Origin: a virus
Taxonomy: Duplodnaviria; Caudoviricetes
Virus record (IMG/VR): IMGVR_UViG_3300011336_000243
Location: 1 to 64,000 of that record
Reading direction: 5' to 3' (one strand)
Length of the DNA: 64,000 nucleotides
Position numbers and translations under genes: made by a program. The notes beneath the pieces were generated by a model. The model did not search any database. It was not told the DNA's origin and saw only the letters and a list, made by a program, of their open reading frames with translations. This document shows, one piece after another, positions 45,076 to 55,172 of the stretch; the stretch's first letter is position 1, and every line of letters starts with the position of its first letter.

Positions 45076-46703
45076 TATATTATCGGTTTTAAGTTCATAC
45101 GTTTAATCATTCTTCCTGCTGTGTAACCTCCCCACTTCTTTTCAGTTAACTCTCCAGGTTTCTTAGCTTTTAGTTTGTCTAAAAAAGTTTCTGAAAAAGT
45201 TTTTGAATTTTTTTCAGCTTTCTTAAGTTCTTCATCTAGAATAGATCTTTTTAAAGTCCCATACTCATCTTTACCAAACTCTAACTGAGCTTTAAAGTTT
45301 TCCATGTTGTACGCATTCTTCTGGTCTTGCATTCCCATATACTTACCAACTGCATTAGCTATGTTTTCACTTCGTGCACTTGTCAAAGCATTCTTTCTAG
45401 CAGCTTGCTCAGCATTAAAAGCTGCTAGTCTGTCTGCATTAGAACTATTTACTTGTCTGTTAATAGTAGCTTCTTGATTAGCGATTCCTATGTTAGTGTT
45501 ACGTTCATTCTGGTTGATAGATGACAACTGATTTACACTTTGTCCTAATGCCCCTAGTTTCATTAAACCTGCAGTTTGTGCATCCATAGAGTTATCTAAA
45601 CTTCTAAAAGTTGTGTTCATTCCTCTACGTACTTCATTACGGTCACTATCCATATTCTGTCTTTCAAGTTGTATTTGATTTTCGTAGATAGGAGAAGGCA
45701 CTGCTGCTGGTTGTCTAAAAGAGTTTAGTATATTAGACAAGTAAGGAACTCCAGAAGTTCTATAAGGCGGAAGTTGTGGAGTTTGTTTAGTTGCTACTGT
45801 TGGTGTTGTAGGAGTGGTAGGATTTACTACTGTATCTCCAAAAGGAGTTTGAGGAGAATACCTATCATCTTTAACTATTGTTTGTGGTTTTACTCCATAC
45901 ATCTCATTTCCACTCATAATAGGTTGTTGAGGTATAGGAGTATTAAAAGTTTTAGCAGGTTCAGGCAATCTTAAAGACTGATCTTGCATAGGTTTAACAG
46001 GAGGTGCAACTGGTTTAGGAGTTGGTGGAACTGTTCCAGTTACAGAGGGTCCAAGTATTCCGTTTACAGATTGTCTAGTGAATTCAGGTAAGCCTTGTTT
46101 ATTTACTGGAGTACCTACACTAGGTGGTGTAGGTAAAGACCTTGTTGTTTGTGGTGTAGTAGTTTGTGCTGTAGTTGTAGCTCTTGGTCTAGTTACACCT
46201 CTGCTTCTAGCCATTTCTCTATACTTTTCAAAAGTAGTACCCTTTCCTTTTTCATTCCCATCTTCCCAATTTTTTAAAGTTCCAGATTTTAAAGCAGCTT
46301 GAAAACTTTCACTATCACCCGCTTGGTGATATACTCCAAATCTTTCTTCTTTAGTAAAGTCTGGAAGTTGTTTAGAAACTTCTTTTCCATAAAGTTTTTC
46401 CATTCTATTATACTCAGGTACCTGGTATTGTTCAAAGAATTTGTCTTGTATACGTTCATCATTTACGTAAAGTTTTTTAGCTTCTTCTAAAGTTTTAGCT
46501 TTAGTTACTTTCATTAAAGCTTTAGCATACGTTGGACTTGTTTCAAATCCTGTTTGATACTTACCTATGTATTTAGCATTAGGGTTTATAGCTCTTGGGT
46601 CTTCCCCAAAGCTAGACTCTACTGAAGATATATACTTTTTAAGCCACTCTTTATCTATAGAAGGGACTGTTACTTTTCTTTGTGGTACTTTTTTCTTTGC
46701 CAT
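45075..46703 (-). CDS. Cargo protein with an N-terminal lysozyme-like domain, Pro/Thr linker and coiled C-terminus
   Basis: ISSVESS...AINPNAKYIGKYQ resembles the SLT/goose-lysozyme catalytic ES and GxYQ motifs; ends KKWGG. Confidence 0.65.
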   Translation of the reverse strand: MAKKKVPQRKVTVPSIDKEWLKKYISSVESSFGEDPRAINPNAKYIGKYQTGFETSPTYAKALMKVTKAKTLEEAKKLYVNDERIQDKFFEQYQVPEYNRMEKLYGKEVSKQLPDFTKEERFGVYHQAGDSESFQAALKSGTLKNWEDGNEKGKGTTFEKYREMARSRGVTRPRATTTAQTTTPQTTRSLPTPPSVGTPVNKQGLPEFTRQSVNGILGPSVTGTVPPTPKPVAPPVKPMQDQSLRLPEPAKTFNTPIPQQPIMSGNEMYGVKPQTIVKDDRYSPQTPFGDTVVNPTTPTTPTVATKQTPQLPPYRTSGVPYLSNILNSFRQPAAVPSPIYENQIQLERQNMDSDRNEVRRGMNTTFRSLDNSMDAQTAGLMKLGALGQSVNQLSSINQNERNTNIGIANQEATINRQVNSSNADRLAAFNAEQAARKNALTSARSENIANAVGKYMGMQDQKNAYNMENFKAQLEFGKDEYGTLKRSILDEELKKAEKNSKTFSETFLDKLKAKKPGELTEKKWGGYTAGRMIKRMNLKPII

Positions 46704-49621
46704 TACGCTAGATTTAATTGTTTACGTACTTGTTCTTGTTGTGCTTTAAGCATTTCTACTTTTCCTTGGAGTAAACGTAGTGCATTCACTCTATCAGGAG
46801 TCATAGGTTTCTTTTCTATCTTACCCATAGCTCTTGCTAATGGTCTATGTAAGTCTGCAAAACCTAGTTTCTTAGAGAAGACATAACTACCCTCTGTAGT
46901 TTCTCCTGCTTCTACTTCAGCTCCTAAGTCTGGAAGTGCTTCTCCTCCTTCTGCATGAGACCTACCTTTTACTTCTGTAGCATTCTCAGACATAGGTTTC
47001 ATGTTAGAATTCTGTCTGTTCATCATAGCAGCTGCTAAAGGTCTCTTCATTAATCCTCCATCAGCGTACATAGCTGTATTATCTACGCCTACGTTGTTGT
47101 TGAAGTTTAAAGTTGAAGCTGCTCTATCTTGATAAGCTGCTTGGTCTTTAGCTACTTGCTTAGCCTTATCCCTTTCTCTTTTCTTAGCCATTACTACTCC
47201 TGCAACTCCTCCTACAACTGCGCCAACTACTGCTCCAGCTGGACCAAGTTTTGCTCCCATAGAAGCTCCTTGCAATGCACTACTAATTCCCATTTTCCCT
47301 CTGTCTGTTGCATCATATCTACCATACTGTCCAGCATCACTAAGTGGCATTACACTAGAAGCAAGAGAAGCAGCCATTCCTAAACCATCACTTAGTTGAC
47401 CATTAGTAGTGTCTTTAAAAAGATTGTTCTTATCTTTTTGTTCACCATTGTCTTCACCACTATTTTGTGCAAATCCATTAATGTTATCTCTAAAGTCTTT
47501 TTCTTCTTCTCCTTCTGTATCTCCTCCAATACCAAACTTTACGTTACCAGCACTTACGCCATACACATCTACGCCCATACTCTTTTTATTAGAAACTGGT
47601 GGAGCCTTAGGAGCTAACCAGTTTCTTTCGTCGTTTATGATACCTAGGTTTCTCACGTAGCCTCCCAACTCTCTTTTATTCATTCCTGTTGCTACTTTGT
47701 AACCTGTGTCACTAAACATATCTGCAACTCTGTTAGAAGGCATAGGCATTACGTTTCCTGCATTCCTAGCTCCTTCAAACCCATTGTACTTTAGTCCACT
47801 AGGAGTCATGTTAATCGTTGGGTACACTACAGGATTACCTCCAGTCTTATCTAGATCGTAAGCCATATAGTGTGTAGATCTTTGTGAGTTTGGTAGATTC
47901 TGTAGTCTAGGTTCTCCCATAGTGTTTGATTGTAAAGAAGGCTGGTTAGGATCCATAGCTCTCTGCATAGCTTCTCTACTTCTATTACGAAAAGCTAGTA
48001 CTTTAGAAATAGCTGCGTCTGAAGGGTCTAGTGCTCCTCCGTCTTCACACTTACGAAGTCCACCTCCGTTTTTATATTTTCTCATTGTATAGTCGTTTAT
48101 GTTTGTATTTTTTAGTGAAGTAACTTTTCCACCATACTCTAGTTTAACTGGTTTAGTGTAAGGAATTAAGGTATCTCTTTCAGGTAATATATAAACTTTA
48201 CTATTATCTTTTAACGTAGAAAATCCACAACTTGTTCCATCAAGATTAATACAACCATTACTCATGTTACGTGAAGTCTTGTTAGTAGTATCTTTTAAAG
48301 CTGCTATTCTGTTCATGTATCCAGTTCCATGTATAGCTTTACTACTTTCTTTTCCTTCTTCATCTGTAAGTGTTAAAAGTTGTCCTGTTGGTCCGTAACT
48401 TTCTATTCTATGGTTCTTAGCTTCTTGCCATGCATCTTTGTCTATTATCTTCTTTATTTTGTTTTTTAACCCTATAGGTTCAGTATAGTTAGTTATTAAC
48501 TTTGTAGAGAATACTCCTGCAGGTGTAATCTTTTGTTTAATTTGGTCTAAGTAATCGTAATAATCTTTGTACTTATCTTTTAAGTCACTCTTATAATATT
48601 CTTGTTGACTTGGTGCTGTAGTTACATCTCCTGAATCTACTCCAGTAATAATAGGTTCATTCTTTATACGTTTTCCATTTCTGTCTACGTAAACAATGTT
48701 ATTACTGTTCTTATCTATTACTGCGTAGTTAAGTGTATCATTCTTACTCTTATTAGCTTGTACGTATTTGATTTGTGCGTCAATCAAAGAGTCTCTTCTT
48801 TTAACTTGCGGTTTAGTACTAATCCTCATAGGAGAAGGTGGGGGTGTAGTCAATCTAGGAGCTGCTTGTCTTACACTATTTGCATCTACTGCTGTAACCG
48901 TGTATGGAGTAGGAGGTATTACGACTTTTTTATTTATAGGTCCACCGTTTCCAAACTTCTGCTCTCCTTTAGTATTTGGTTGATACTCTTGATTCTGAAC
49001 TTTCTTTTGTAACTCATCTCTAAGACTATCACTGTATAACTGTTGATTTTTATACATCTCTGTACTGTCACTATAGTCTTTAGCCTTTTTAAAAGAGTAT
49101 ACAGCTTCTGCCGCATCAATACCTCTACCTAAAGGAAGCATCTTTTTAACAACAGAAGGTTTACTAAATATGTCTGAAGCAGGTATAGTCTTAGTTCCAA
49201 AAGGTATTTTTAAATAACCTGATAAAGCATCTACAGGAACTTGTGCGTACTCTTTTCTATTTAAGTCATTAACAATATCTAGTGCTGCTAAACTTGTTCC
49301 TAATACAGGAGGTCCAACAGCTTGAAGAGTATTAGATAAACCATTTTCAAAGTACTCATTAGCTTTTCTACCGTAGTTTAAAACTTTTTCAGAGTATCCT
49401 TTTTTTCTTAAAGCATCTGTATTCTTTTTAGCAATAGCTTCTGGTGTATTAGAAGCTGTAACTGAAGGTTTTAGATTAATGTCATAGTTAGGTAACTGTA
49501 GTTTTCTTTTAACTGTAGGCGTAGAGGGATAAGTCGCTTGTCCACGATTATCTACTTGCGTAACTGTGTAAGAAGGATTAGCTACTATAGGTTTCTTTAA
49601 TCTTGTTTTACTTTTAGCCAT
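46703..49621 (-). CDS. Modular cargo protein with a YkuD L,D-transpeptidase domain and repeated xxxGG motifs (start revised to MAKSK at 49621)
   Basis: YAVIDK...ITG; AIHGT...SNGCINL; C-terminal KGRSHAEGG...EVEAGE...YVFSKKL, a crAss-like cargo signature. Confidence 0.75.
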   Translation of the reverse strand: MAKSKTRLKKPIVANPSYTVTQVDNRGQATYPSTPTVKRKLQLPNYDINLKPSVTASNTPEAIAKKNTDALRKKGYSEKVLNYGRKANEYFENGLSNTLQAVGPPVLGTSLAALDIVNDLNRKEYAQVPVDALSGYLKIPFGTKTIPASDIFSKPSVVKKMLPLGRGIDAAEAVYSFKKAKDYSDSTEMYKNQQLYSDSLRDELQKKVQNQEYQPNTKGEQKFGNGGPINKKVVIPPTPYTVTAVDANSVRQAAPRLTTPPPSPMRISTKPQVKRRDSLIDAQIKYVQANKSKNDTLNYAVIDKNSNNIVYVDRNGKRIKNEPIITGVDSGDVTTAPSQQEYYKSDLKDKYKDYYDYLDQIKQKITPAGVFSTKLITNYTEPIGLKNKIKKIIDKDAWQEAKNHRIESYGPTGQLLTLTDEEGKESSKAIHGTGYMNRIAALKDTTNKTSRNMSNGCINLDGTSCGFSTLKDNSKVYILPERDTLIPYTKPVKLEYGGKVTSLKNTNINDYTMRKYKNGGGLRKCEDGGALDPSDAAISKVLAFRNRSREAMQRAMDPNQPSLQSNTMGEPRLQNLPNSQRSTHYMAYDLDKTGGNPVVYPTINMTPSGLKYNGFEGARNAGNVMPMPSNRVADMFSDTGYKVATGMNKRELGGYVRNLGIINDERNWLAPKAPPVSNKKSMGVDVYGVSAGNVKFGIGGDTEGEEEKDFRDNINGFAQNSGEDNGEQKDKNNLFKDTTNGQLSDGLGMAASLASSVMPLSDAGQYGRYDATDRGKMGISSALQGASMGAKLGPAGAVVGAVVGGVAGVVMAKKRERDKAKQVAKDQAAYQDRAASTLNFNNNVGVDNTAMYADGGLMKRPLAAAMMNRQNSNMKPMSENATEVKGRSHAEGGEALPDLGAEVEAGETTEGSYVFSKKLGFADLHRPLARAMGKIEKKPMTPDRVNALRLLQGKVEMLKAQQEQVRKQLNLA

Positions 49622-49622
49622 G

Positions 49623-50432
49623 TTATCTATTTGCTTTTTTAGCATCCCCTGATACTTCGTGTAAAATTAGTTGTTTTTGCTGAGAATTATCGAACTCTAA
49701 TCTAACAATTGCGTACTTGTCTTGTATAAACTCTTTTTCATACCAGTCTTTAGCTCCTACTGCTGTAATGTCTAAAGCGTAGTTATCAAAAAGGTCTTTC
49801 AAGAATGTTATTCCTTTCTCCTTAACCACATCTCTAAAGTCATTAAAACTCCACACTCCCTGAGTTTGTCTATTACGTTGATACTGCAAGTCTGCAAACT
49901 CCTGTACAGTATTTAAAGGAATACGTCCTGTGTGCTGTGTACTATTCCAGATAGAGATATGAGTCAACGTATTCCACTCAGCCTCTTTACTAGAGTAGTC
50001 TGGAGTATCAGTCTTTACTGTAGTAACCCAGTTTAAAGCGTAAAGCATAAACTCTGTATCTGATTTGAATACTACGTCTATGAAGAAAGGCTTTGTTTCT
50101 GGCTCAGCAGTAAAACTTTGGTTGTGGTATTGACCGTACTTACCTGCGTTATGTTCGTAGTGATACACTAGTCCATCTTGTTTTAAGTTAAACAACTTAT
50201 CTCTAGTATGGAAATAAAAGTCAGGAATAAAGTCGTGGAAGAATACCCACTCATTACTCTGTGGTGCGTAAGAAATAGTAAAAGATTTATCCTTTAAGTC
50301 TACGACATCTTCAAACAGAAGACAGAACGTGCCTTTAGAGGTTACTACTTTTTTAAGGTATTTGCAACTATAGTCCCAAGTAGTAGCTGAAGGGTTAAAG
50401 TTATATGCTGAAAGTTGTGTACATCCGTTCAT
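49623..50432 (-). CDS. C-terminal part of the tail stabilization/muzzle protein encoded as a separate ORF
   Basis: TISY...EWVFFHDFIPDFY resembles the muzzle C-terminal region; begins with a GCT...AYNFNPSA...SC repeat. Confidence 0.65.
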   Translation of the reverse strand: MNGCTQLSAYNFNPSATTWDYSCKYLKKVVTSKGTFCLLFEDVVDLKDKSFTISYAPQSNEWVFFHDFIPDFYFHTRDKLFNLKQDGLVYHYEHNAGKYGQYHNQSFTAEPETKPFFIDVVFKSDTEFMLYALNWVTTVKTDTPDYSSKEAEWNTLTHISIWNSTQHTGRIPLNTVQEFADLQYQRNRQTQGVWSFNDFRDVVKEKGITFLKDLFDNYALDITAVGAKDWYEKEFIQDKYAIVRLEFDNSQQKQLILHEVSGDAKKANR

Positions 50433-50434
50433 GT

Positions 50435-53400
50435 CTAAATTGGTTTATAGCCTAGTAAAAGTATTCCGTGATCATCGCCTGCACTTGCAAATCCTCCTGG
50501 CAGTTGTTGCGCTGATAGTTTAGTATATGGAGTTGTGCCTAGTATTCCGTTTCCATAGAACCATCCTTTATTTTGAAGTGTCCATCTATAGTAACTTACT
50601 ATAGGTTGTCCATTCTTATTTATTCCAGAATAAACAGTATTAGGGTCTGGAGTAAAAGCTGTTATATTATGATCAGTTAAAGTTGCTATAGAATTATATG
50701 GGGCAGGTACGTCTGTTAAAGGATTAGTAACAGTTAGAATATTAGAAGTATTACTGGCTTGAGTAGCTAATCCTTCTACTCCATATTGTCCTGTCATACT
50801 ATAACCTGCGTCTCCTGGGAATAATACTGTTCCTACTACTCCTGATGTTATAGGGTCTGTCTCACAACTAGCAATAGAAGAACTACAAGTTCTAGCTACA
50901 AAACTAATATTTCCTATTTGCATTCCAAACTCTACTTCTATAGTAGCATTGTTTCCTGGAAGGTTTGCGTAAATATGTTGTAATCTAGGTAATGGACCAA
51001 ACCCACTAGAAATAACAGACCAAGGACCTCCATTAGTTCTAACTCTATATAAAGCAGGCATTTCTCTTGTTATAACGTAGGTGTCTATTCTTTCACCTGG
51101 AGTAGGAACACTCACCACTGTTGCTTCACTTACGTTTAAACTAAACTGAATTATAGAAGGGTTAGAGTACACTTGTTGGTCTGTTCCTGGTTCACAAACT
51201 CTTTGTACTTCTAACTCGTAGTAAGCTTGTTCAGTAAGATGAAAGTCTAAAAAACTTCCAGTAGTAACTCCACTTATAAGAACTCCGTTTATAGTAACAG
51301 GTACTCTAGTTAGTGTACCCCCTAAGTTTTCTAACTTCCATAAAGTGTACACAAAAGTATTAAAAGCAGCAGAAGTCCAAGCGACATGGTAGTCATTAGG
51401 ACCAATCCAAGAACCTGTTAAAGATAAAACTGGATTACAAGTAATTGCATTAGGCTCACACTGATCAGGAGAGTTTGTTGGATTTAGTCCTTTGTACTTT
51501 AAATACTTTCCATCCATAAAGACTATATCTTCAGGATAAACAAACTGTCCATTACCCACTACTAAAGAATTACTTACGGGTTGTCCGTTTAGAATAAGAG
51601 TTTGTACAGACGTAATAGAATCTGAAGAAAACGGTATACCTCTTATAGGACTAGTAGGTTCTAAGTTCTTTACAGAAACAAATAGTCTTTTATAGAACTG
51701 ATCCCAGCCTATAGTTATAGAGTTATTACTGTTAAAAGAATTTGCTCCTCTTACTTTTAAGTACTCGTTTAAGAACCTACCAATATCTCCGTTAATAGCA
51801 GATAGTTTCTTGTCACTGAATATGTACATCTCTCCTACTTTAGCATCAGGGAAAACGTAGCCAATTGGAGTGTTTACACAGCATAAGTCGCTTTGAGTTC
51901 CTCCGTATCCTAGATTAGACTGTATTGCTTCTTGTGGTTCAAACTGGAAGATGTCTCCAGATCCTAAAGTTACTCCTAGTAACCCTGTTTCTAACTTTAC
52001 TTTATCACGTGTAAGGAATAAAGCGTGAAGATGATGTATAAGTAAACTGTCTGAGATAGCAGATAAGTTGACGATTGGTCCTCTATCTTTTTGGCAGTCA
52101 TAGTAGTCTGCAGCTAAGAAAGTTCTCCAACTACGTGTGTTCTGTCTAGACAACTTACCACCTCTAGCTATCCTATGAGGAAACTCTGTAATGTATTCAC
52201 GTAAAGGACTATATATGTCCTGAGCAACTAAGTCATTGATTCCCTCTGCACCTTTGTAGTATCCAAACTTATTAGGGTCTAAAGTAGCATCCCAGAATGC
52301 AGGATAACTACCAGGGAACGTAGGAGATGAAGAAGTTTCTATTTGACTTTTAGGATAGAACTTTCCTTGAGGTGTATTCTGTTCAAACAGTGACCAAGTG
52401 TTTACTACGGACTCACATAAAAGTCTGTAAACAAATCTTTCTGTTTTCATGTACGGATAAGAAGTAGGTCTGTCTGCTCCAGAACCATCATCTGTAGGTA
52501 CGTCATAATCTTGTTTTACTCCGTGAGTATGAAATGTGTACGGCCCTAAGAAACAATCTCCGCCAAAGAATGCATCTGTGTTACCTATATACTTGTGTCC
52601 ACCTGCAGATACTAAGTTTTGATTGTAGTATTCTTTATACATATCGTCTTTAACTTCACATAGTTCAGTAAAGCTAAGTTGATTAGTAGTAAGATTAGGT
52701 ATAGTAGTACCAGACCCAACTGTAGTAGCTACAAGAGAAGGAGGAGTAGTCCCTAAAAGATTTCCTATTAAAGCTTCTTCTATGTATACGTTATTTGTCT
52801 CTGTCGTAATACTATGGTTCTTTATCCATTTAGCTTTGTCTACTCCTGATATTTTATAAGCTGAAGGAAATAACGTAGCGGTAGTAATAGACTTAGTGCA
52901 GTCTACCATATACACGTTACAAGGTTTTCCACTTGCCACTGTTCCTGGATTAGAAAAAGTCCATTTAACATACTTCTGTTCTACTTTACCGTTTAAGTTT
53001 AACTCACGTGCTATGAAGTTAGGTTCTATAGTAGGATGAAAGATATTTAAGTCTGGACTAAGAAACCTGAACTTGTTCCAAGTAATCTGCCAGTCATTTA
53101 CGCCACTACCTGTTCTAGTAATGTTACATCCTGTAGAGAAAGTCCTAAGTGGGTCTTTAACTGTATTAGTAGCTCCTTGGATTAATACGCTTTGTGCGTA
53201 CACTGACATATTAGAGATAGTTCTCTTAGCATAGAAAAGCTCGTAACCTATAATGTCTCCTTGATACTTTAATGGTATCTGTATGTTTGTTAGTCTAATA
53301 CCTAGTACATCTAACTTAGAAGTACCGTAAGAAGTTTCACTACTATAAAGATTTTCTTTACACCAACCTATAGAAGGCATTTTATGATGTCTTACTTTCT

Positions 53401-54685
53401 TACCTCTTAAGTCTAGACCTCCTAAGGCAACACTATTAAAGTTAGGAGTGTTAGGATAAGTCTCGTTTTGGTTTTCATGCACACCTAATCTTCCTATTTT
53501 GTTTGTACTACTAAACGTAGTAATAGTATCTTCTACTTGGAACTTAGGTCTAGTTACTCCTCCTGTAGTTCCTACAGTTGATGTAAGATAGTTTGCAGCA
53601 GTTGCTGGTACTCCTGGTATTGTGAAAGCTATAGTCTTAGTACCGTTAGCACGCAGATACTTTACGTATAATGCATAAACTTCTCTATGCTTAAAAGTTT
53701 TCTTAGCGCCACTAGATAACTCTTCTTGGTCAGAAATATCTTTTAACTCACTAGTCCATTCAGGAATAATCAAGTTAGCATACTGTTGCATATCTAAAAG
53801 GTCGTCTTCTCTAGTAAGATTACCTATGTAAAGAGCATCATTTAGTTGCGTCATAGTACCTACTTTATTGTAGCGTACTTGTCCTACTAAAACTTCTGTA
53901 ATGTCTATACTATCTCCATCAGGACTATCCGATACTATACTCATACTACTGCCTCCTATTAACTGTTTAGGAAGTACATAACATGCAGTTACTCCTTTAG
54001 TCTTAGCAATCACTACTAACTCTAAGTACTGATAACTAGTGTCTACGTTCTCTAGTTTAAAGTTTAAACCTGCTACGTCTTCAGTATTAATAATACAACC
54101 TCCGTAAACAGAAGAGTACGGTGTACTAGTACCGTCTTTTTTGTAGTAACGTAAAGCAGTATAGTATGAACCTTCTTTGTAGTATCCAGCTGCTGAGGAA
54201 GTCATGGTTATTGTAGGAAGGATAAAGTTTGGAAATAAACTCCAACTACCCAGTTTAGTAGTGTCAGGATTAGACAAGTTTAAGAACTTAGGAAAAGTTC
54301 TTTTATCTGTAAAAGCTACTATTAGTTCATTCTTGTAGTTTCGTTGTACTTCTCCAGTAATATAGTATTCTATGTTAAACCCTAAAAAGTAACCTACGTT
54401 AATATCATTCCAAGAAAACTCTATTATGTTAGAAGTTAAATCTACTAGTTGAACAGCAGAGTTAATATTATTTGTAGAGAATACTACTACTTTACCAGAG
54501 TCTGCTTCTAAAAGTCCATTAATTCTCCAGCCACTTGGGCATAAAGACTGTAGTCTTTTAAACCCTGGCTCATTAACTATAGTACCTTTTAAGTCATACT
54601 GAATACCGTTCTTGCCAAAACGATAGTGCCCTTCTTCTGTCTCTAATGGAGTAGAGTCTAAACTTATTCCTTTTATAGGTTTCAT
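50435..54685 (-). CDS. Tail stabilization/muzzle protein (P22 gp10-like), N-terminal part with FN3/Ig-like insertion
   Basis: Starts KPIKGISLDSTP...YRFGKNG; YLRANG; GGDCFL; DRGPIVNL; GSGDIF; GYGGTQS; tail-cluster position. Confidence 0.8.
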   Translation of the reverse strand: MKPIKGISLDSTPLETEEGHYRFGKNGIQYDLKGTIVNEPGFKRLQSLCPSGWRINGLLEADSGKVVVFSTNNINSAVQLVDLTSNIIEFSWNDINVGYFLGFNIEYYITGEVQRNYKNELIVAFTDKRTFPKFLNLSNPDTTKLGSWSLFPNFILPTITMTSSAAGYYKEGSYYTALRYYKKDGTSTPYSSVYGGCIINTEDVAGLNFKLENVDTSYQYLELVVIAKTKGVTACYVLPKQLIGGSSMSIVSDSPDGDSIDITEVLVGQVRYNKVGTMTQLNDALYIGNLTREDDLLDMQQYANLIIPEWTSELKDISDQEELSSGAKKTFKHREVYALYVKYLRANGTKTIAFTIPGVPATAANYLTSTVGTTGGVTRPKFQVEDTITTFSSTNKIGRLGVHENQNETYPNTPNFNSVALGGLDLRGKKVRHHKMPSIGWCKENLYSSETSYGTSKLDVLGIRLTNIQIPLKYQGDIIGYELFYAKRTISNMSVYAQSVLIQGATNTVKDPLRTFSTGCNITRTGSGVNDWQITWNKFRFLSPDLNIFHPTIEPNFIARELNLNGKVEQKYVKWTFSNPGTVASGKPCNVYMVDCTKSITTATLFPSAYKISGVDKAKWIKNHSITTETNNVYIEEALIGNLLGTTPPSLVATTVGSGTTIPNLTTNQLSFTELCEVKDDMYKEYYNQNLVSAGGHKYIGNTDAFFGGDCFLGPYTFHTHGVKQDYDVPTDDGSGADRPTSYPYMKTERFVYRLLCESVVNTWSLFEQNTPQGKFYPKSQIETSSSPTFPGSYPAFWDATLDPNKFGYYKGAEGINDLVAQDIYSPLREYITEFPHRIARGGKLSRQNTRSWRTFLAADYYDCQKDRGPIVNLSAISDSLLIHHLHALFLTRDKVKLETGLLGVTLGSGDIFQFEPQEAIQSNLGYGGTQSDLCCVNTPIGYVFPDAKVGEMYIFSDKKLSAINGDIGRFLNEYLKVRGANSFNSNNSITIGWDQFYKRLFVSVKNLEPTSPIRGIPFSSDSITSVQTLILNGQPVSNSLVVGNGQFVYPEDIVFMDGKYLKYKGLNPTNSPDQCEPNAITCNPVLSLTGSWIGPNDYHVAWTSAAFNTFVYTLWKLENLGGTLTRVPVTINGVLISGVTTGSFLDFHLTEQAYYELEVQRVCEPGTDQQVYSNPSIIQFSLNVSEATVVSVPTPGERIDTYVITREMPALYRVRTNGGPWSVISSGFGPLPRLQHIYANLPGNNATIEVEFGMQIGNISFVARTCSSSIASCETDPITSGVVGTVLFPGDAGYSMTGQYGVEGLATQASNTSNILTVTNPLTDVPAPYNSIATLTDHNITAFTPDPNTVYSGINKNGQPIVSYYRWTLQNKGWFYGNGILGTTPYTKLSAQQLPGGFASAGDDHGILLLGYKPI

Positions 54686-54689
54686 ACTA

Positions 54690-54697
54690 CAAAGGTA
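54690..54697 (-). promoter_or_regulatory. Bacteroidota -7 element TACCTTTG
   Basis: TAnnTTTG 4 nt upstream of the ATG at 54685. Confidence 0.65.
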
Positions 54698-54704
54698 AGT
54701 TATT

Positions 54705-55172
54705 CTATAATACAGCCAACTGGAAATGCATACCGTCTTTTACACTAGTCCAATTTCCTCCCCACTCTAATCCTTCGGTAGTAAAACACTTTACAAACTT
54801 AGCAGAAAGTTTAGGAATTTTACCTAAACCATTCTCAGCAGCATTTACGTCAATAGCTATAGCCCAGCTATGAAGGCTCATAGAACTGTTAGTCATCTTT
54901 TTACGTATCATGAAACAACCGTCCCAAGTCTTTAACTCTTTGGCTAATCCTGCCGTTATAAGATTACGTAGTGATGCTTCAAGTTTATCTTTTAAGTCTT
55001 TGTTTACAAAGATTCTTTTAGGAAAACCTATAGTTCCTACAGCTGAAAAACGTACATGACTTAATGCGGCTTGTATGTCTGCTGGGACTTCCCAAGTTAC
55101 AAACCATTTGTTCTGTGTTGCTAGTAAGTTTGGGTCTCCGTACTTAGCGAAGCATTGTCTTGATGTTATCAT
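54705..55172 (-). CDS. Endolysin, M15-family peptidase (L-Ala-D-Glu type)
   Basis: SLHSWAIAIDVN (SxHxxxxAxD) and WGGNW...DGMHFQL. Confidence 0.9.
   Translation of the reverse strand: MITSRQCFAKYGDPNLLATQNKWFVTWEVPADIQAALSHVRFSAVGTIGFPKRIFVNKDLKDKLEASLRNLITAGLAKELKTWDGCFMIRKKMTNSSMSLHSWAIAIDVNAAENGLGKIPKLSAKFVKCFTTEGLEWGGNWTSVKDGMHFQLAVL

Noticed and set aside
25901-48983. Numerous short + strand ORFs inside the RNAP and cargo genes, and - strand ORFs inside the replication genes
   Set aside because: Antisense shadows of long, motif-bearing genes; no recognisable motifs or promoters.
50433-50437. TAG readthrough joining the two muzzle ORFs
   Set aside because: The downstream ATG is 5 nt from the start of the TAG, so the frames differ.
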